Part shown: one piece after another, positions 48,839-57,986 of the stretch | How positions within the stretch are numbered: the first letter of the stretch is position 1 | Layout of the letters: each line of letters begins with the position of its first letter | NCBI GenBank assembly: GCA_964500725.1 | Contig: CAZCNP010000001.1 | Coordinates: forward strand, 138,950-202,949 | Direction: 5' to 3' | Length of the DNA stretch: 64,000 nt | From: an uncultured Gammaproteobacteria bacterium | GTDB lineage: Bacteria > Patescibacteriota > Microgenomatia > Daviesbacterales > UBA10151 | Program-made: the position numbers and the translations under genes | The notes under the pieces: model-generated | What the model was told of the DNA's origin: nothing | The model's database searches: none | The model's input: only the letters and a program-made list of their open reading frames with translations

Positions 48839-49300
48839 TAATACCAGATTAACACTACCAAAAAGATTAAGTCAAATTTGACCCTTTCTAATACTATCAT
48901 TATCGTTCTATCCATAATTCAAAAATGGGAAGTATCTACTGTCCTTTGGGTTTATTGGATACAAAGACCCAAAAATCAGAAAAGCCATTTGAAGGTATTC
49001 AACACTACCATCCCAACAGTTTAATACCCGTAAAAAAGACCAGGAAATCAACACATAATCCTGACCCTCCTCCTTTAACAGGACAACAGAAGAAGTCTAA
49101 TAGGCCCATTTCTTCCTTTAGGGTAATCACAGAACATGCACAATTTCAGGAGTAAAAAGATATAACTGTTTGCAGCAACCATTCAGGGACAGAATCAAAC
49201 AACTGGATGATACCTTTATCCTGCTTTCAGCGGGGCCCGCGCAATGACGTAGTTACTGGGAAACTCTGAATAGTTACATACTTAGCTTTGTAAAGATAAA

Positions 49301-50344
49301 TTATTTTTTAAACAGCAGCTCTTGCTCTATTTGGGAAGTAACGACCTTACCTAAATGTATATAACCTGATTCAGTGACAACCCTTCCTCTGGAAGTTCTT
49401 TTTAAAAAACCAACCTGCATAAGATATGGCTCTATAACCTCCTCAATAGTACCAATATCTTCAGAAATAGTGGCAGCCAAAGTTTCTACCCCCACCGGTC
49501 CGCCGTTAAATTTATCAACAATAGTTAGCAGCAATCTTCTGTCTGAATCATCCAACCCTAGCGAATCAACTTCAAGTAAATCCAGAGTTTGAGCGAGAAG
49601 CTCTTTGGTAACCTTTCCTTCCCCATGTACTTCTGTAACATCTCTGACTCTTTTGAGAAGTTTTAAGGCAATTCTGGGTGTGCCACGGGCTCTTTTAGAG
49701 AGTTGAATAACCTCTTCCTGATCTATCGGCACTTTCAGTTTTTTGGCAGCCCGTTTGATAATTTGAGAAAGTTCCCACGGGGTATAAAAAGATAATCTAT
49801 GGATTACTCCAAAACGGTCCCTTAAAGGCGAGGAAACCATACCAATTCTGGTAGTGGCTCCAATGATAGTAATCTGGGGTAATTCCAACCGTAAAGTTCT
49901 GGCAGATGGACCTTTACCGATCACCATATCTAAAGTAAAATCTTCCATAGCAGGATAAAGGGTTTCTTCTACTACCTTAGACAATCTGTGGATTTCATCA
50001 ATAAATAATATATCATGAGGTTCCAGGCTGGTTAAAATAGCAGCCAGATCTCCAGCTCTTTCAATTGCCGGACCAGAGGTAATTCTGATATTACTACCCA
50101 TTCCTTTAGCTATCAAATGAGCCAATGTTGTTTTACCAAGTCCAGGAGGACCATAAAGCAGGGTGTGTTCCATAGCCTCAGCTCTTTTTTTGGCAGCAGT
50201 GATAGCAATATGAAGTGATTTTTTAATCTTCTCCTGACCAATAAACTCCTCCCAGTCGCTTGCCCTTAAGGAACTAAAAAGTTTTTCTTCCTCAATTGTT
50301 TCTGTCATTTCTGGTACTTTTAATTTAGGTTTAGTGTTGCTCAT
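49301..50344 (-). CDS. ruvB: Holliday junction ATP-dependent DNA helicase RuvB
   Basis: [14 protein letters not shown] Walker A, sensor, winged helix; the ORF track extends to 50377, but the internal Met at 50344 or 50308 is more likely. Confidence 0.9.
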   Translation of the reverse strand: MSNTKPKLKVPEMTETIEEEKLFSSLRASDWEEFIGQEKIKKSLHIAITAAKKRAEAMEHTLLYGPPGLGKTTLAHLIAKGMGSNIRITSGPAIERAGDLAAILTSLEPHDILFIDEIHRLSKVVEETLYPAMEDFTLDMVIGKGPSARTLRLELPQITIIGATTRIGMVSSPLRDRFGVIHRLSFYTPWELSQIIKRAAKKLKVPIDQEEVIQLSKRARGTPRIALKLLKRVRDVTEVHGEGKVTKELLAQTLDLLEVDSLGLDDSDRRLLLTIVDKFNGGPVGVETLAATISEDIGTIEEVIEPYLMQVGFLKRTSRGRVVTESGYIHLGKVVTSQIEQELLFKK

Positions 50345-50921
50345 ACTTTTTAGTCTTACCCAAATTGCGTAAGGCATAACTTATCTTTTGTTCAAGAGTT
50401 TTTTCAGATAATGGTACAGCCTGAATGGCTTTCATTGCTTCTTGTCTGGTATATCCCAAATTACGTAAGGCTTCGATAGCCTCTATGCTTTCTACACTAT
50501 CTGAAGTTAAATCCAACTCTTTTAATCCTCCCAGTTTGTTCTTAAGCTCAATGATAATCTTTTGAGCATTCTTATGACCTAACCTTGGAACAGTTGTAAA
50601 AAAGTTGGTATCAGCATCTTTAATAGCTTGCTGCACCTTTCCGACTCCTTTATCAATCACTAAAAGAGCAGTTTTAGGACCAATTCCTGAAACAGTTAGA
50701 GTTAATTTAAAAAGTTCCAGTTCACCAGGAGTAAGAAAACCGTATAAATCAAGGATATCCTCCCTGACATGGGTATATATAAATAGCTGCACCTGCGCAG
50801 ATGCTTTAAGAAGACTCAGATAATTTGGTAGAACTGTTACTAAATAACCTACTCCGCAAGTAAGTAGAATAATCTGGTTTGCAGACTTTGAATGTATTGT
50901 GCCGGATAGAAAACCAATCAT
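50331..50921 (-). CDS. ruvA: Holliday junction DNA helicase RuvA
   Basis: MIGFLSGTI... plus HhH motifs (GIGPKTA). Confidence 0.85.
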   Translation of the reverse strand: MIGFLSGTIHSKSANQIILLTCGVGYLVTVLPNYLSLLKASAQVQLFIYTHVREDILDLYGFLTPGELELFKLTLTVSGIGPKTALLVIDKGVGKVQQAIKDADTNFFTTVPRLGHKNAQKIIIELKNKLGGLKELDLTSDSVESIEAIEALRNLGYTRQEAMKAIQAVPLSEKTLEQKISYALRNLGKTKKYEQH

Positions 50922-50925
50922 TTCA

Positions 50926-51426
50926 TTATTTTAATTTATACTGCGATACTTTACGCATTTTATACGAACAGGCGTGAGTTATAGCAATAGCTAAAGCATC
51001 TGCTGCATCATCTTGGGTTATCTTCTTAAACAAATGTAGAATTGATCCTACCATACTCTGGATCTGATTCTTATCAGCCCTGCCATAACCTGTTAGAGCT
51101 TGCTTTACCTGAAGAGGAGTATATGAAGCAGTAGGAATATTAGACTTTGAAGCCGCCAGAAGTATGACCCCTCTGGCCTCCCCAACTATTAAGGCTGTTT
51201 TAGAATTAGCAGCAAAATATAACTGTTCAACAGCCAGTACTTCTGGAGTTAGCTTCTCAATAAGGTCGATGATAAAGTCATAAATACTGGTCAACCTATC
51301 TTCTAAGTTAATCCTTGGTGAAGTCTCAAAACAACCATAATCTAAGGCTTTCTGTTTACCGTATTCATCCTTAATTACTCCCCATCCTACTCTAGCAATT
51401 CCTGGATCAATACCTAAAATGACCAT
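50926..51426 (-). CDS. ruvC: crossover junction endodeoxyribonuclease RuvC
   Basis: MVILGIDPGIARVGWGVI RNase-H-fold N-terminus. Confidence 0.85.
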   Translation of the reverse strand: MVILGIDPGIARVGWGVIKDEYGKQKALDYGCFETSPRINLEDRLTSIYDFIIDLIEKLTPEVLAVEQLYFAANSKTALIVGEARGVILLAASKSNIPTASYTPLQVKQALTGYGRADKNQIQSMVGSILHLFKKITQDDAADALAIAITHACSYKMRKVSQYKLK

Positions 51427-51488
51427 AATGCGGATAGTATACCAGAGAAAATAATTTTAAAACGGGACTTTTATGCTAATATGGGAAT

Positions 51489-52313
51489 ATGCAGCATCAG
51501 CAACTTGAAAACTGGCAAAAAATCCCTGAACTTAAAAGTCTTTTTGATCTCACAACAGCGCCTAAACAACTCTATTATTGCGGTGCTTTAAACCCTAAAA
51601 TTTTTAAACACTGCGTATCTGTTGTAGGCAGCCGCAAAATGACTGACTACGGCAGCCGTGTTATTGAAAAAATTATCCCTTCACTCGTTGCGGAAGGCAA
51701 AACTGTTGTTTCAGGTTTCATGTATGGAGTTGACCAATATGCCCACAGGATCTGCGCGGAAAGCGGAGGCAAAACTATCGCAGTTTTGGGATGGGGCATA
51801 AACACACCCCTTGCCGGAGAAGATCTTAAACTGGCCAAAAAAATTATTGACCAGGGAGGAATCTTACTTTCTGAATGGGAGACACAAAGAGCCGCTCACT
51901 GGACTTTTCCTGCAAGAAACAGGGTTGTGGCAGCTCTCTCTTCCGAAATTATTATTGTTGAGGCAGCCGAAAAAAGCGGTTCCCTTATTACAGCCGCTCT
52001 TGCCTCAAAACTTAAAAGGAAACTCTGGGCTGTCCCCGGACCTATTACCAGCCGCACCTCAAAAGGAACAAACCAACTAATCTCATCAGGTAAAGCACAG
52101 ATGTGGTTAGGTAAACCTGCTCAAATCACTTTTCTAAATACCGATAACGACCCAATCATCGATATTCTTCTTTCCGAGGCCTTATCTGCTGATGAAATCG
52201 CCCATAAGCTTAAATCCCCTGTTTCTGAAACAGGAGCAAAGCTATCAATCTTACTGCTCTCTGGTCAAGTCCTTGAAAAAGGAGGAAAATATTACATAGC
52301 CGATGCTAATTAA
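51489..52313 (+). CDS. dprA: DNA processing protein DprA (Smf)
   Basis: [21 protein letters not shown]...[10 protein letters not shown] Rossmann core. Confidence 0.8.
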   Translation: MQHQQLENWQKIPELKSLFDLTTAPKQLYYCGALNPKIFKHCVSVVGSRKMTDYGSRVIEKIIPSLVAEGKTVVSGFMYGVDQYAHRICAESGGKTIAVLGWGINTPLAGEDLKLAKKIIDQGGILLSEWETQRAAHWTFPARNRVVAALSSEIIIVEAAEKSGSLITAALASKLKRKLWAVPGPITSRTSKGTNQLISSGKAQMWLGKPAQITFLNTDNDPIIDILLSEALSADEIAHKLKSPVSETGAKLSILLLSGQVLEKGGKYYIADAN

Positions 52314-53376
52314 AATCCGTTCAATTGCCAATATTGGTTTAGAGACAATTCCTGTAGATATAGAAGTCGACGTGGCCTCAAGCGGCTTTCCGGGTTTTAC
52401 CATTGTTGGTCTGGCCAGCAAAGCTATTGAAGAAGCAAGGGAAAGAGTAAAAACAGCCATCATCAATTCCAAGCTGAATTTTCCTCCAAAGAAAATCACA
52501 GTTAACTTGGCTCCCGCTGATTTACCAAAAGACGGAGCAGCTTATGATTTACCAATCGCGCTTGGAATTCTTTTGGCAAGCGGACAGCTCAATATTCCGG
52601 ATAATCTTGACTTAAAAAAATCCTTCTTTTATGGAGAGTTATCGCTTGATGGAATGCTGCGGCCAACCAGAGGCATATTGCTTCTGGGTCTTTTTGCACA
52701 AAAAAACGGCTCCGTCACAAAGATTTTCGTGCCGGAAGCAAGCGCTTCTGAAGCAAGTATAGTAACCGGAATAAGGATTTTCCCGGTAAACACTTTATCA
52801 CAATTGGCCGAACATCTACTCGGCAAAGAAATGCACCCGTTAAAGATAAGAGCGATTGCAAAAGACGATGATCTTATTTTAGGAGAATATAACCTTTCGG
52901 AAATTGCCGGGCAGGAACAAGCAAAAAGAGCCTTGATTATAGCAGCTGCCGGCGGGCACAACCTTCTTATGTGGGGTCCTCCGGGAACCGGGAAGACAAT
53001 GCTCTCCCGCGCTTTACCGGGAATCCTTCCGCCACTCAATACATCAGAAGCTCTGGAAGTAACAAGAATTTACTCTGTTTCAGGTCTTTTAGATACCGGA
53101 CAACCTCTGATTTCTAGGCGGCCGTTCCGGGCGCCTCATCATGGCATTTCAAATGCAGGTATGATTGGCGGCGGCAGTAACCCCCTGCCCGGTGAAGTCA
53201 GTTTAGCCCATTTGGGTGTTTTATTCTTAGATGAAATGCCTGAATTTCCAAGAACAGTTTTGGAAAGCCTAAGACAACCTATGGAAGACGGAACTGTTGA
53301 GATTGTCCGCGTGGCAGGACACGTCAAATATCCAGCCTCCTTCACTTTGATTGCCGCAATTAATCCCTGCCCATAG
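52303..53376 (+). pseudogene. comM: comM/yifB (Mg-chelatase-like AAA+ ATPase) 5' portion, truncated by an integrated element
   Basis: Lon-like N-domain plus AAA+ ([23 protein letters not shown]) ending ...[11 protein letters not shown]-stop at 53376, exactly where homologues continue CGY...; the missing C-terminus is at 62445-62957. Confidence 0.8.
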
Positions 53377-53417
53377 GGGTATACATTGTTTGTTAATTGA
53401 AGCTAAAATTATTATAA

Positions 53418-53693
53418 TTGCAAAACAAATATATTAGGAGTATCATTCAATCAATGAAGAAGAAACTATTTTCTTTTATTATCGGTCTTGCTCTCGTCTT
53501 TACCTTTGTTTTGTCTTCTGCGTCTCCTGTCGATGCTTACTCATATAGGGTCAGAGGCTATACAAGATCAAATGGTACTTATGTAAACAGTTATTATAGA
53601 ACTAGCCCAAACTATACAAGATTTGATAATTATTCCACCCGAGGTAACTATAATCCTTATACTGGTAGATTTGGTACAAGAAGCCCTTGGTAA
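53418..53693 (+). CDS. small secreted Tyr/Arg/Asn-rich protein (element cargo)
   Basis: Signal peptide (true start probably MKKKLFSF) then an RGY/YxR-rich low-complexity sequence. Confidence 0.4.
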   Translation: MQNKYIRSIIQSMKKKLFSFIIGLALVFTFVLSSASPVDAYSYRVRGYTRSNGTYVNSYYRTSPNYTRFDNYSTRGNYNPYTGRFGTRSPW

Positions 53694-53740
53694 CATCTTT
53701 TTCCTCCTAGATTATCCCTAGAGTAATACTGATAATATGA

Positions 53741-54301
53741 GTGGATATGACTAAACGTGATGTAGGTTTAATCTTTGCCGGGGCATTATTAGCTTCAGGC
53801 ATTATTTTTATCATTGTGGGCTTTATGTATAAAGATAGCCTGGGTGATTATATTCAAGCAAAATATATCCCACCTGCTTTTAATATTCCTAAGGAGGTTA
53901 ATAGAGATTTTGCTATAGATATAATTGACCGAGTAAATATTGTGCGCAAGAACGCTAATTTACAGCCTCTTAAGGAAAGCTCAGCCCTATCTTATGCAGC
54001 ATTTCTAAGAGCAAAAGAGATTTTAGCTAATCAGGAATTTAACCATTATGCTTCTGGTAGCGGAGATATAAAAGCCCAGAAAGCGGTTGAAGTAGTTGGA
54101 TACAGGTATAGCGAAGTGGGTGAGAACCTAGCCAGAGGATATGATGATCCTAATCTGGTAATTGAAGGGTGGTTGAATTCACCTGAACATAAACAGAATA
54201 TGCTTAAAATTAATTATAAAGAAGTGGGCGTAACGGTATTAGAAGGATTATTTCAAGGTAATAATGAAAACATTATTGTACTGTTACTAGGAAATCCGTA
54301 A
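53741..54301 (+). CDS. CAP/SCP/PR-1-like domain protein, membrane anchored
   Basis: N-terminal TM; EFNHYASGSG...GENLA...GWLNSPEHKQNM resembles the CAP-domain HY / GEN / W..S..H motifs. Confidence 0.5.
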   Translation: MDMTKRDVGLIFAGALLASGIIFIIVGFMYKDSLGDYIQAKYIPPAFNIPKEVNRDFAIDIIDRVNIVRKNANLQPLKESSALSYAAFLRAKEILANQEFNHYASGSGDIKAQKAVEVVGYRYSEVGENLARGYDDPNLVIEGWLNSPEHKQNMLKINYKEVGVTVLEGLFQGNNENIIVLLLGNP

Positions 54302-54309
54302 GAATATAC

Positions 54310-54516
54310 TTAATCAAAGAGTTCTTTTACAGGTATTTTCAGTGCTTTTGCAATCGCATTTATTCTTTTTATTGACGGATTTCTCTTTCCGGCCTCGATC
54401 TCGTTTAAATAGCTGTAATCAATCTTTGATTCATAAGCTAGATCTTCCTGGGTCATCTTTTTGGCTCTTCTCACAGCCCTAATCCTTTTACCTAGTGCTT
54501 CATTAATATTGGCCAT
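54310..54516 (-). CDS. XRE-family HTH transcriptional regulator (repressor-like)
   Basis: 68 aa; KKMTQEDLAYESKIDYSYLNEIEAGKRNPSIKRINAIAKAL cro/cI-type HTH; divergent from a TTGACT-17-TATACT promoter at 54552-54580. Confidence 0.7.
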   Translation of the reverse strand: MANINEALGKRIRAVRRAKKMTQEDLAYESKIDYSYLNEIEAGKRNPSIKRINAIAKALKIPVKELFD

Positions 54517-54592
54517 AAACGAATTATGGCTTTGATATTAAGAAAGTTGTATTGACTATAGTCCAAGATTAGGCATATACTCACCTTAAGAA

Positions 54593-55375
54593 ATGAAAAG
54601 AATAAAAATAGCACTATTTGCTTTATTGTTAAGCATTGCTGTTTTTGTATTTAATCCTGGTTTAACTCTAGCTCAACAAGGATGTTGCTCCTGGCATGGA
54701 GGGATCTCTTATTGCGATTCAAGTGTTGGTACATATGTCTGCAATGATGGTACATATAGTCCCAGTTGTGGTTGTTATAAAGCACTTCCCCCAACTCCTA
54801 CATTTCCTCAAATGAATGCTACTTGGAATTTTTCCGCAAATACTAATGGTACGTATGACGTAAAAGTAGATCTAGATGACAGTAATCCCTCAAGATATAG
54901 CGTAGTCTTAAGTAAGATATTAGGTGGAGACCCGGGGCCATTGGTAGACTATACGAGTCCTGCATTTACTTTTAAAAATATTTATCCTGGCACTTGGTAC
55001 ATGAACACTAAAAAAGATATAAACAATACTTGGTCTACGGTTGCATATTGGAAGATAATTGTTCCCGAGTGGATTGCTCCTACACCAATGCCCATACCTA
55101 TAACTACACCTCCACCAATCGCAGTTACGCCTAACAGTAATGAGTCCTTGCTTAGTTCCTTTTTCCAATGGTTGTTTAACAGAAACAAAAGTGAGAACAT
55201 CGCTGCACCTACTTCAACCCCTACTCCAAAACAGGCTCCTTATAAATGTAACTGTGCAAAGACTTGTACGCAGATTTCTACATGTGCTGAAGCTTATTAT
55301 CAACTAAATACTTGTGGGTGCTCCGTCAGAGATGGTGACGATGATGGTATCCCTTGCGAAAGTTTGTGCAATTAG
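54593..55375 (+). CDS. secreted Cys-rich protein with C-terminal Excalibur (Ca-binding) domain
   Basis: Signal peptide; C-terminal CAEAYYQLNTCGCSVRDGDDDGIPCESLC (D-x-D-x-DG-x-x-CE Excalibur motif). Confidence 0.6.
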   Translation: MKRIKIALFALLLSIAVFVFNPGLTLAQQGCCSWHGGISYCDSSVGTYVCNDGTYSPSCGCYKALPPTPTFPQMNATWNFSANTNGTYDVKVDLDDSNPSRYSVVLSKILGGDPGPLVDYTSPAFTFKNIYPGTWYMNTKKDINNTWSTVAYWKIIVPEWIAPTPMPIPITTPPPIAVTPNSNESLLSSFFQWLFNRNKSENIAAPTSTPTPKQAPYKCNCAKTCTQISTCAEAYYQLNTCGCSVRDGDDDGIPCESLCN

Positions 55376-55387
55376 ATTTATAAGACT

Positions 55388-55726
55388 ATGAAATGGATTA
55401 TTGGAATAACCGCTTTTTTTCTTCTAATTTCCTTAATTTTTAATACTTCGTCCAATTCCAGTAGTACAAAAAATGATACTTCAGTAACAACTACCGTTGA
55501 TTATCCTGATGAAAATATTGAGTCAGATCAAACAGAAGAAGATGTTAATATAGATTCTGGTCCAACAGAATTTAATGGGTATCCTTGTACAGGTGATTGT
55601 AGCGGACATGAAGCAGGATATGAATGGGCTGAAGAACACGGTATAACACAAGACGATGTTGACAATTATTCAGGTAATTCCAATTCTTTTATGGAAGGAA
55701 TGCAATCATATGTTGATGAGAACTAA
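55388..55726 (+). CDS. hypothetical secreted protein
   Basis: Signal peptide; acidic; CTGDCSGHEAGYEWAEEHGI. Confidence 0.4.
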   Translation: MKWIIGITAFFLLISLIFNTSSNSSSTKNDTSVTTTVDYPDENIESDQTEEDVNIDSGPTEFNGYPCTGDCSGHEAGYEWAEEHGITQDDVDNYSGNSNSFMEGMQSYVDEN

Positions 55727-55794
55727 TAGAAAAGATGCTGCCTATGAAAACCGTTAGAATACTATATATGGCATATATAGTATAAACTTGGATT

Positions 55795-56130
55795 ATGAGT
55801 AGAATATTTTTAAGCCTTATTATCTATGCCACATTAATTTTGGCTACATTTACTCTTGGATTAAAAGTAAACAATTTTAGCAATAAAATCAATTTATTTT
55901 GTTTAGCGTTTTTTGCCCTTGTTGCAATGTTTGCTTTTGATAGAATTTCAGACCCTAATATAAAAATCCTTTACTCGTTATGTTTGGTCATTGCTAGTGG
56001 GGTAGGAAGATATGGGACGCAAATGATCGAAAAGAAAAGCAACCGTTTGCATGGTGATGAATATGCGAATATTAGACAATTGATTTACGTAGTTGTATTT
56101 ATCTTTGGTTTATTGGGACTGATTGCCTAG
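55795..56130 (+). CDS. small membrane protein
   Basis: 111 aa, 3-4 TM. Confidence 0.4.
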   Translation: MSRIFLSLIIYATLILATFTLGLKVNNFSNKINLFCLAFFALVAMFAFDRISDPNIKILYSLCLVIASGVGRYGTQMIEKKSNRLHGDEYANIRQLIYVVVFIFGLLGLIA

Positions 56131-56148
56131 ACGGTTAATATTGGTAAT

Positions 56149-56490
56149 TTGGATTTATTGAAATTAGTTATGAACAAAGCAAAAACAGAAATAGAAAATT
56201 TAAAGACTGAGCTTTCGGGACTTAAAATAAGAGTTCAAAGAATTGAGGACTTTTTACTTGAACTGCCTAACGCTGAAGGATATATTCACCAATCACAAGT
56301 TGATGATTTATTCGAAGAGGCTAAAAAAACAGCACTTAAATACAATTTGGTAAGTGCATCCTTACTACAAAGAAGGTTAAAGGTTGGTTATGCCAGAGCT
56401 GCCAGAATCCTTGATGAGTTGGAGGAGGCAGAAATAGTAGGTCCAGGCGAAGGTGGCAAGCCAAGAAAAGTTCTAAGCTCAAAGGTTTAA
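56149..56490 (+). CDS. stand-alone FtsK-gamma winged-helix domain protein
   Basis: Coiled-coil N-terminus then SASLLQRRLKVGYARAARILDELEEAEIVGPGEGGKPRKVL, the FtsK/SpoIIIE gamma (KOPS-binding) domain consensus. Confidence 0.6.
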   Translation: MDLLKLVMNKAKTEIENLKTELSGLKIRVQRIEDFLLELPNAEGYIHQSQVDDLFEEAKKTALKYNLVSASLLQRRLKVGYARAARILDELEEAEIVGPGEGGKPRKVLSSKV

Positions 56491-56499
56491 ATAAAAAAT

Positions 56500-56796
56500 A
56501 TGAAGAAGCATACAAAGCTTTTTTATCGTGCTATCGCCAGGATTAGAGCAGTAGGAGAAAAAAATGGAATGGTTTATCTAAGTCGCATTAAGACTGCGAT
56601 GGGTACGGGTTATACCAGAGCATATAATCTTCATGTTGAATTAATTGAAGCAGGAATAATAGAAAAGCCTAATTTTGCTGATATAGATAAAAAAAGGACT
56701 AAGGGAAATATTATTTGGAAAAATCTAAGTAAGTTTAGGGTTCCGAGGGGGATTACAGAAAAAGAAAAAGCTAGAGTTGAAGAAGAAAGAAGTTAA
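56500..56796 (+). CDS. divergent FtsK-gamma-like winged-helix protein
   Basis: VYLSRIKTAMGTGYTRAYNLHVELIEAGII resembles the same winged-helix core. Confidence 0.4.
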   Translation: MKKHTKLFYRAIARIRAVGEKNGMVYLSRIKTAMGTGYTRAYNLHVELIEAGIIEKPNFADIDKKRTKGNIIWKNLSKFRVPRGITEKEKARVEEERS

Positions 56797-57155
56797 AAAG
56801 TTGAATTACTTAGTTTATTTTCTATTTCATCCAACCTTTTAACAATATCCGAAGCCTCATAAGCATCTAACCAGCATCTTGTTAGAAAGCCCATTGAGCT
56901 ACCAACTGGAACAGGCACACCTTCAGCCCAAACTCCATTAATAACTTTACCTAAGAATCTTTTAACATCCTCCGGTGTTTCCAGCCTCACAGTCTTGCCA
57001 TAGAAGCCCTGTAAAGCCCTATTACGACCACCTTTACTGCTTGCTACCAATTTAGCCTCATTGCTTGTAGGATCGTGCCTGAAACAAAATTCCTTATCTT
57101 TTTGTGCAAAGGCTTGGCACTGTTGGTTATTATTTAATATCTTTTTGCATTTCAT
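56793..57155 (-). CDS. hypothetical protein (N-terminal C-x5-C...C-x-RH)
   Basis: 120-aa ORF, 4-nt overlaps on both sides. Confidence 0.4.
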   Translation of the reverse strand: MKCKKILNNNQQCQAFAQKDKEFCFRHDPTSNEAKLVASSKGGRNRALQGFYGKTVRLETPEDVKRFLGKVINGVWAEGVPVPVGSSMGFLTRCWLDAYEASDIVKRLDEIENKLSNSTF

Positions 57156-57460
57156 TGTGCTATTAATTTACCCAAAATTGGAATAGGTATAGGAACACCA
57201 CCTGTTCTAGCTAATTCCAGTAATTCCGGTAATTCCTCTTTATCTACAATAGGTGAACCAATACACTCTTTCCCTCTGAAAAATACCCATATATCAGATG
57301 ATTTACATCCTGCACATTCAGTACCTAAGCTATGTTGTTTATGTTCTTGTGAGCAGACGCAAGGCTTCTCACCACAAATACAAACCCAAATAGGCTCATT
57401 CGGGCTACTTATAATGCTAACTTTCTTCTCCAAATTGTTCACTCTTGTTATAGTATTCAT
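57152..57460 (-). CDS. small Cys-rich (zinc-binding) protein
   Basis: CICGEKPCVCS...CAGC. Confidence 0.4.
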   Translation of the reverse strand: MNTITRVNNLEKKVSIISSPNEPIWVCICGEKPCVCSQEHKQHSLGTECAGCKSSDIWVFFRGKECIGSPIVDKEELPELLELARTGGVPIPIPILGKLIAQ

Positions 57461-57795
57461 AGTTCTGTTAAAGCAAGACTATCAAAAGTGTCTTGGCTAG
57501 TTAAAATAATCTCCATAAAGCCTTCGCCTTTTCTTATAATATTCTCTAATTCCTCTATTTCTTTTTGAACCTCTTGTTCGTTCTCGTTTCTTTCTTTTGC
57601 TAGTTTTAGAATGTGGTTTTGATAATTATTCCATTCCTGAAGGGTTACAAGATCTTTACCATCATTTTGATTAACATGATTAGCAAAACCATACTTCCAA
57701 CGATCCATTTTAACAATTAATTCATAAGTAGTATTTTTTGGCTGTACCTTATTCAACTGTTTCTTTATCTGTCTAATCCTACTCATTACCTTCAT
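57457..57795 (-). CDS. hypothetical protein
   Basis: 112-aa helical ORF in a co-directional, overlapping array. Confidence 0.4.
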   Translation of the reverse strand: MKVMSRIRQIKKQLNKVQPKNTTYELIVKMDRWKYGFANHVNQNDGKDLVTLQEWNNYQNHILKLAKERNENEQEVQKEIEELENIIRKGEGFMEIILTSQDTFDSLALTEL

Positions 57796-57984
57796 TTATT
57801 GTCCCCCTTCAATTATTCGGTCTAGATCTTGATCACTTAGGTCTTTTAGCTTGTCGCAGTAACTGATCCCGTATTTTATTTTAAGCTCAATAGGAATGTC
57901 CAATTCTTCTGGAGTTGGTAATTTTTTCCGACTAAGAATCTGGTCAATTTTTTTATTTAGCTGTTTAATCTGTTGTCTATTCAT
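57796..57984 (-). CDS. hypothetical small protein
   Basis: 62-aa ORF. Confidence 0.35.
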   Translation of the reverse strand: MNRQQIKQLNKKIDQILSRKKLPTPEELDIPIELKIKYGISYCDKLKDLSDQDLDRIIEGGQ

Positions 57985-57986
57985 AA

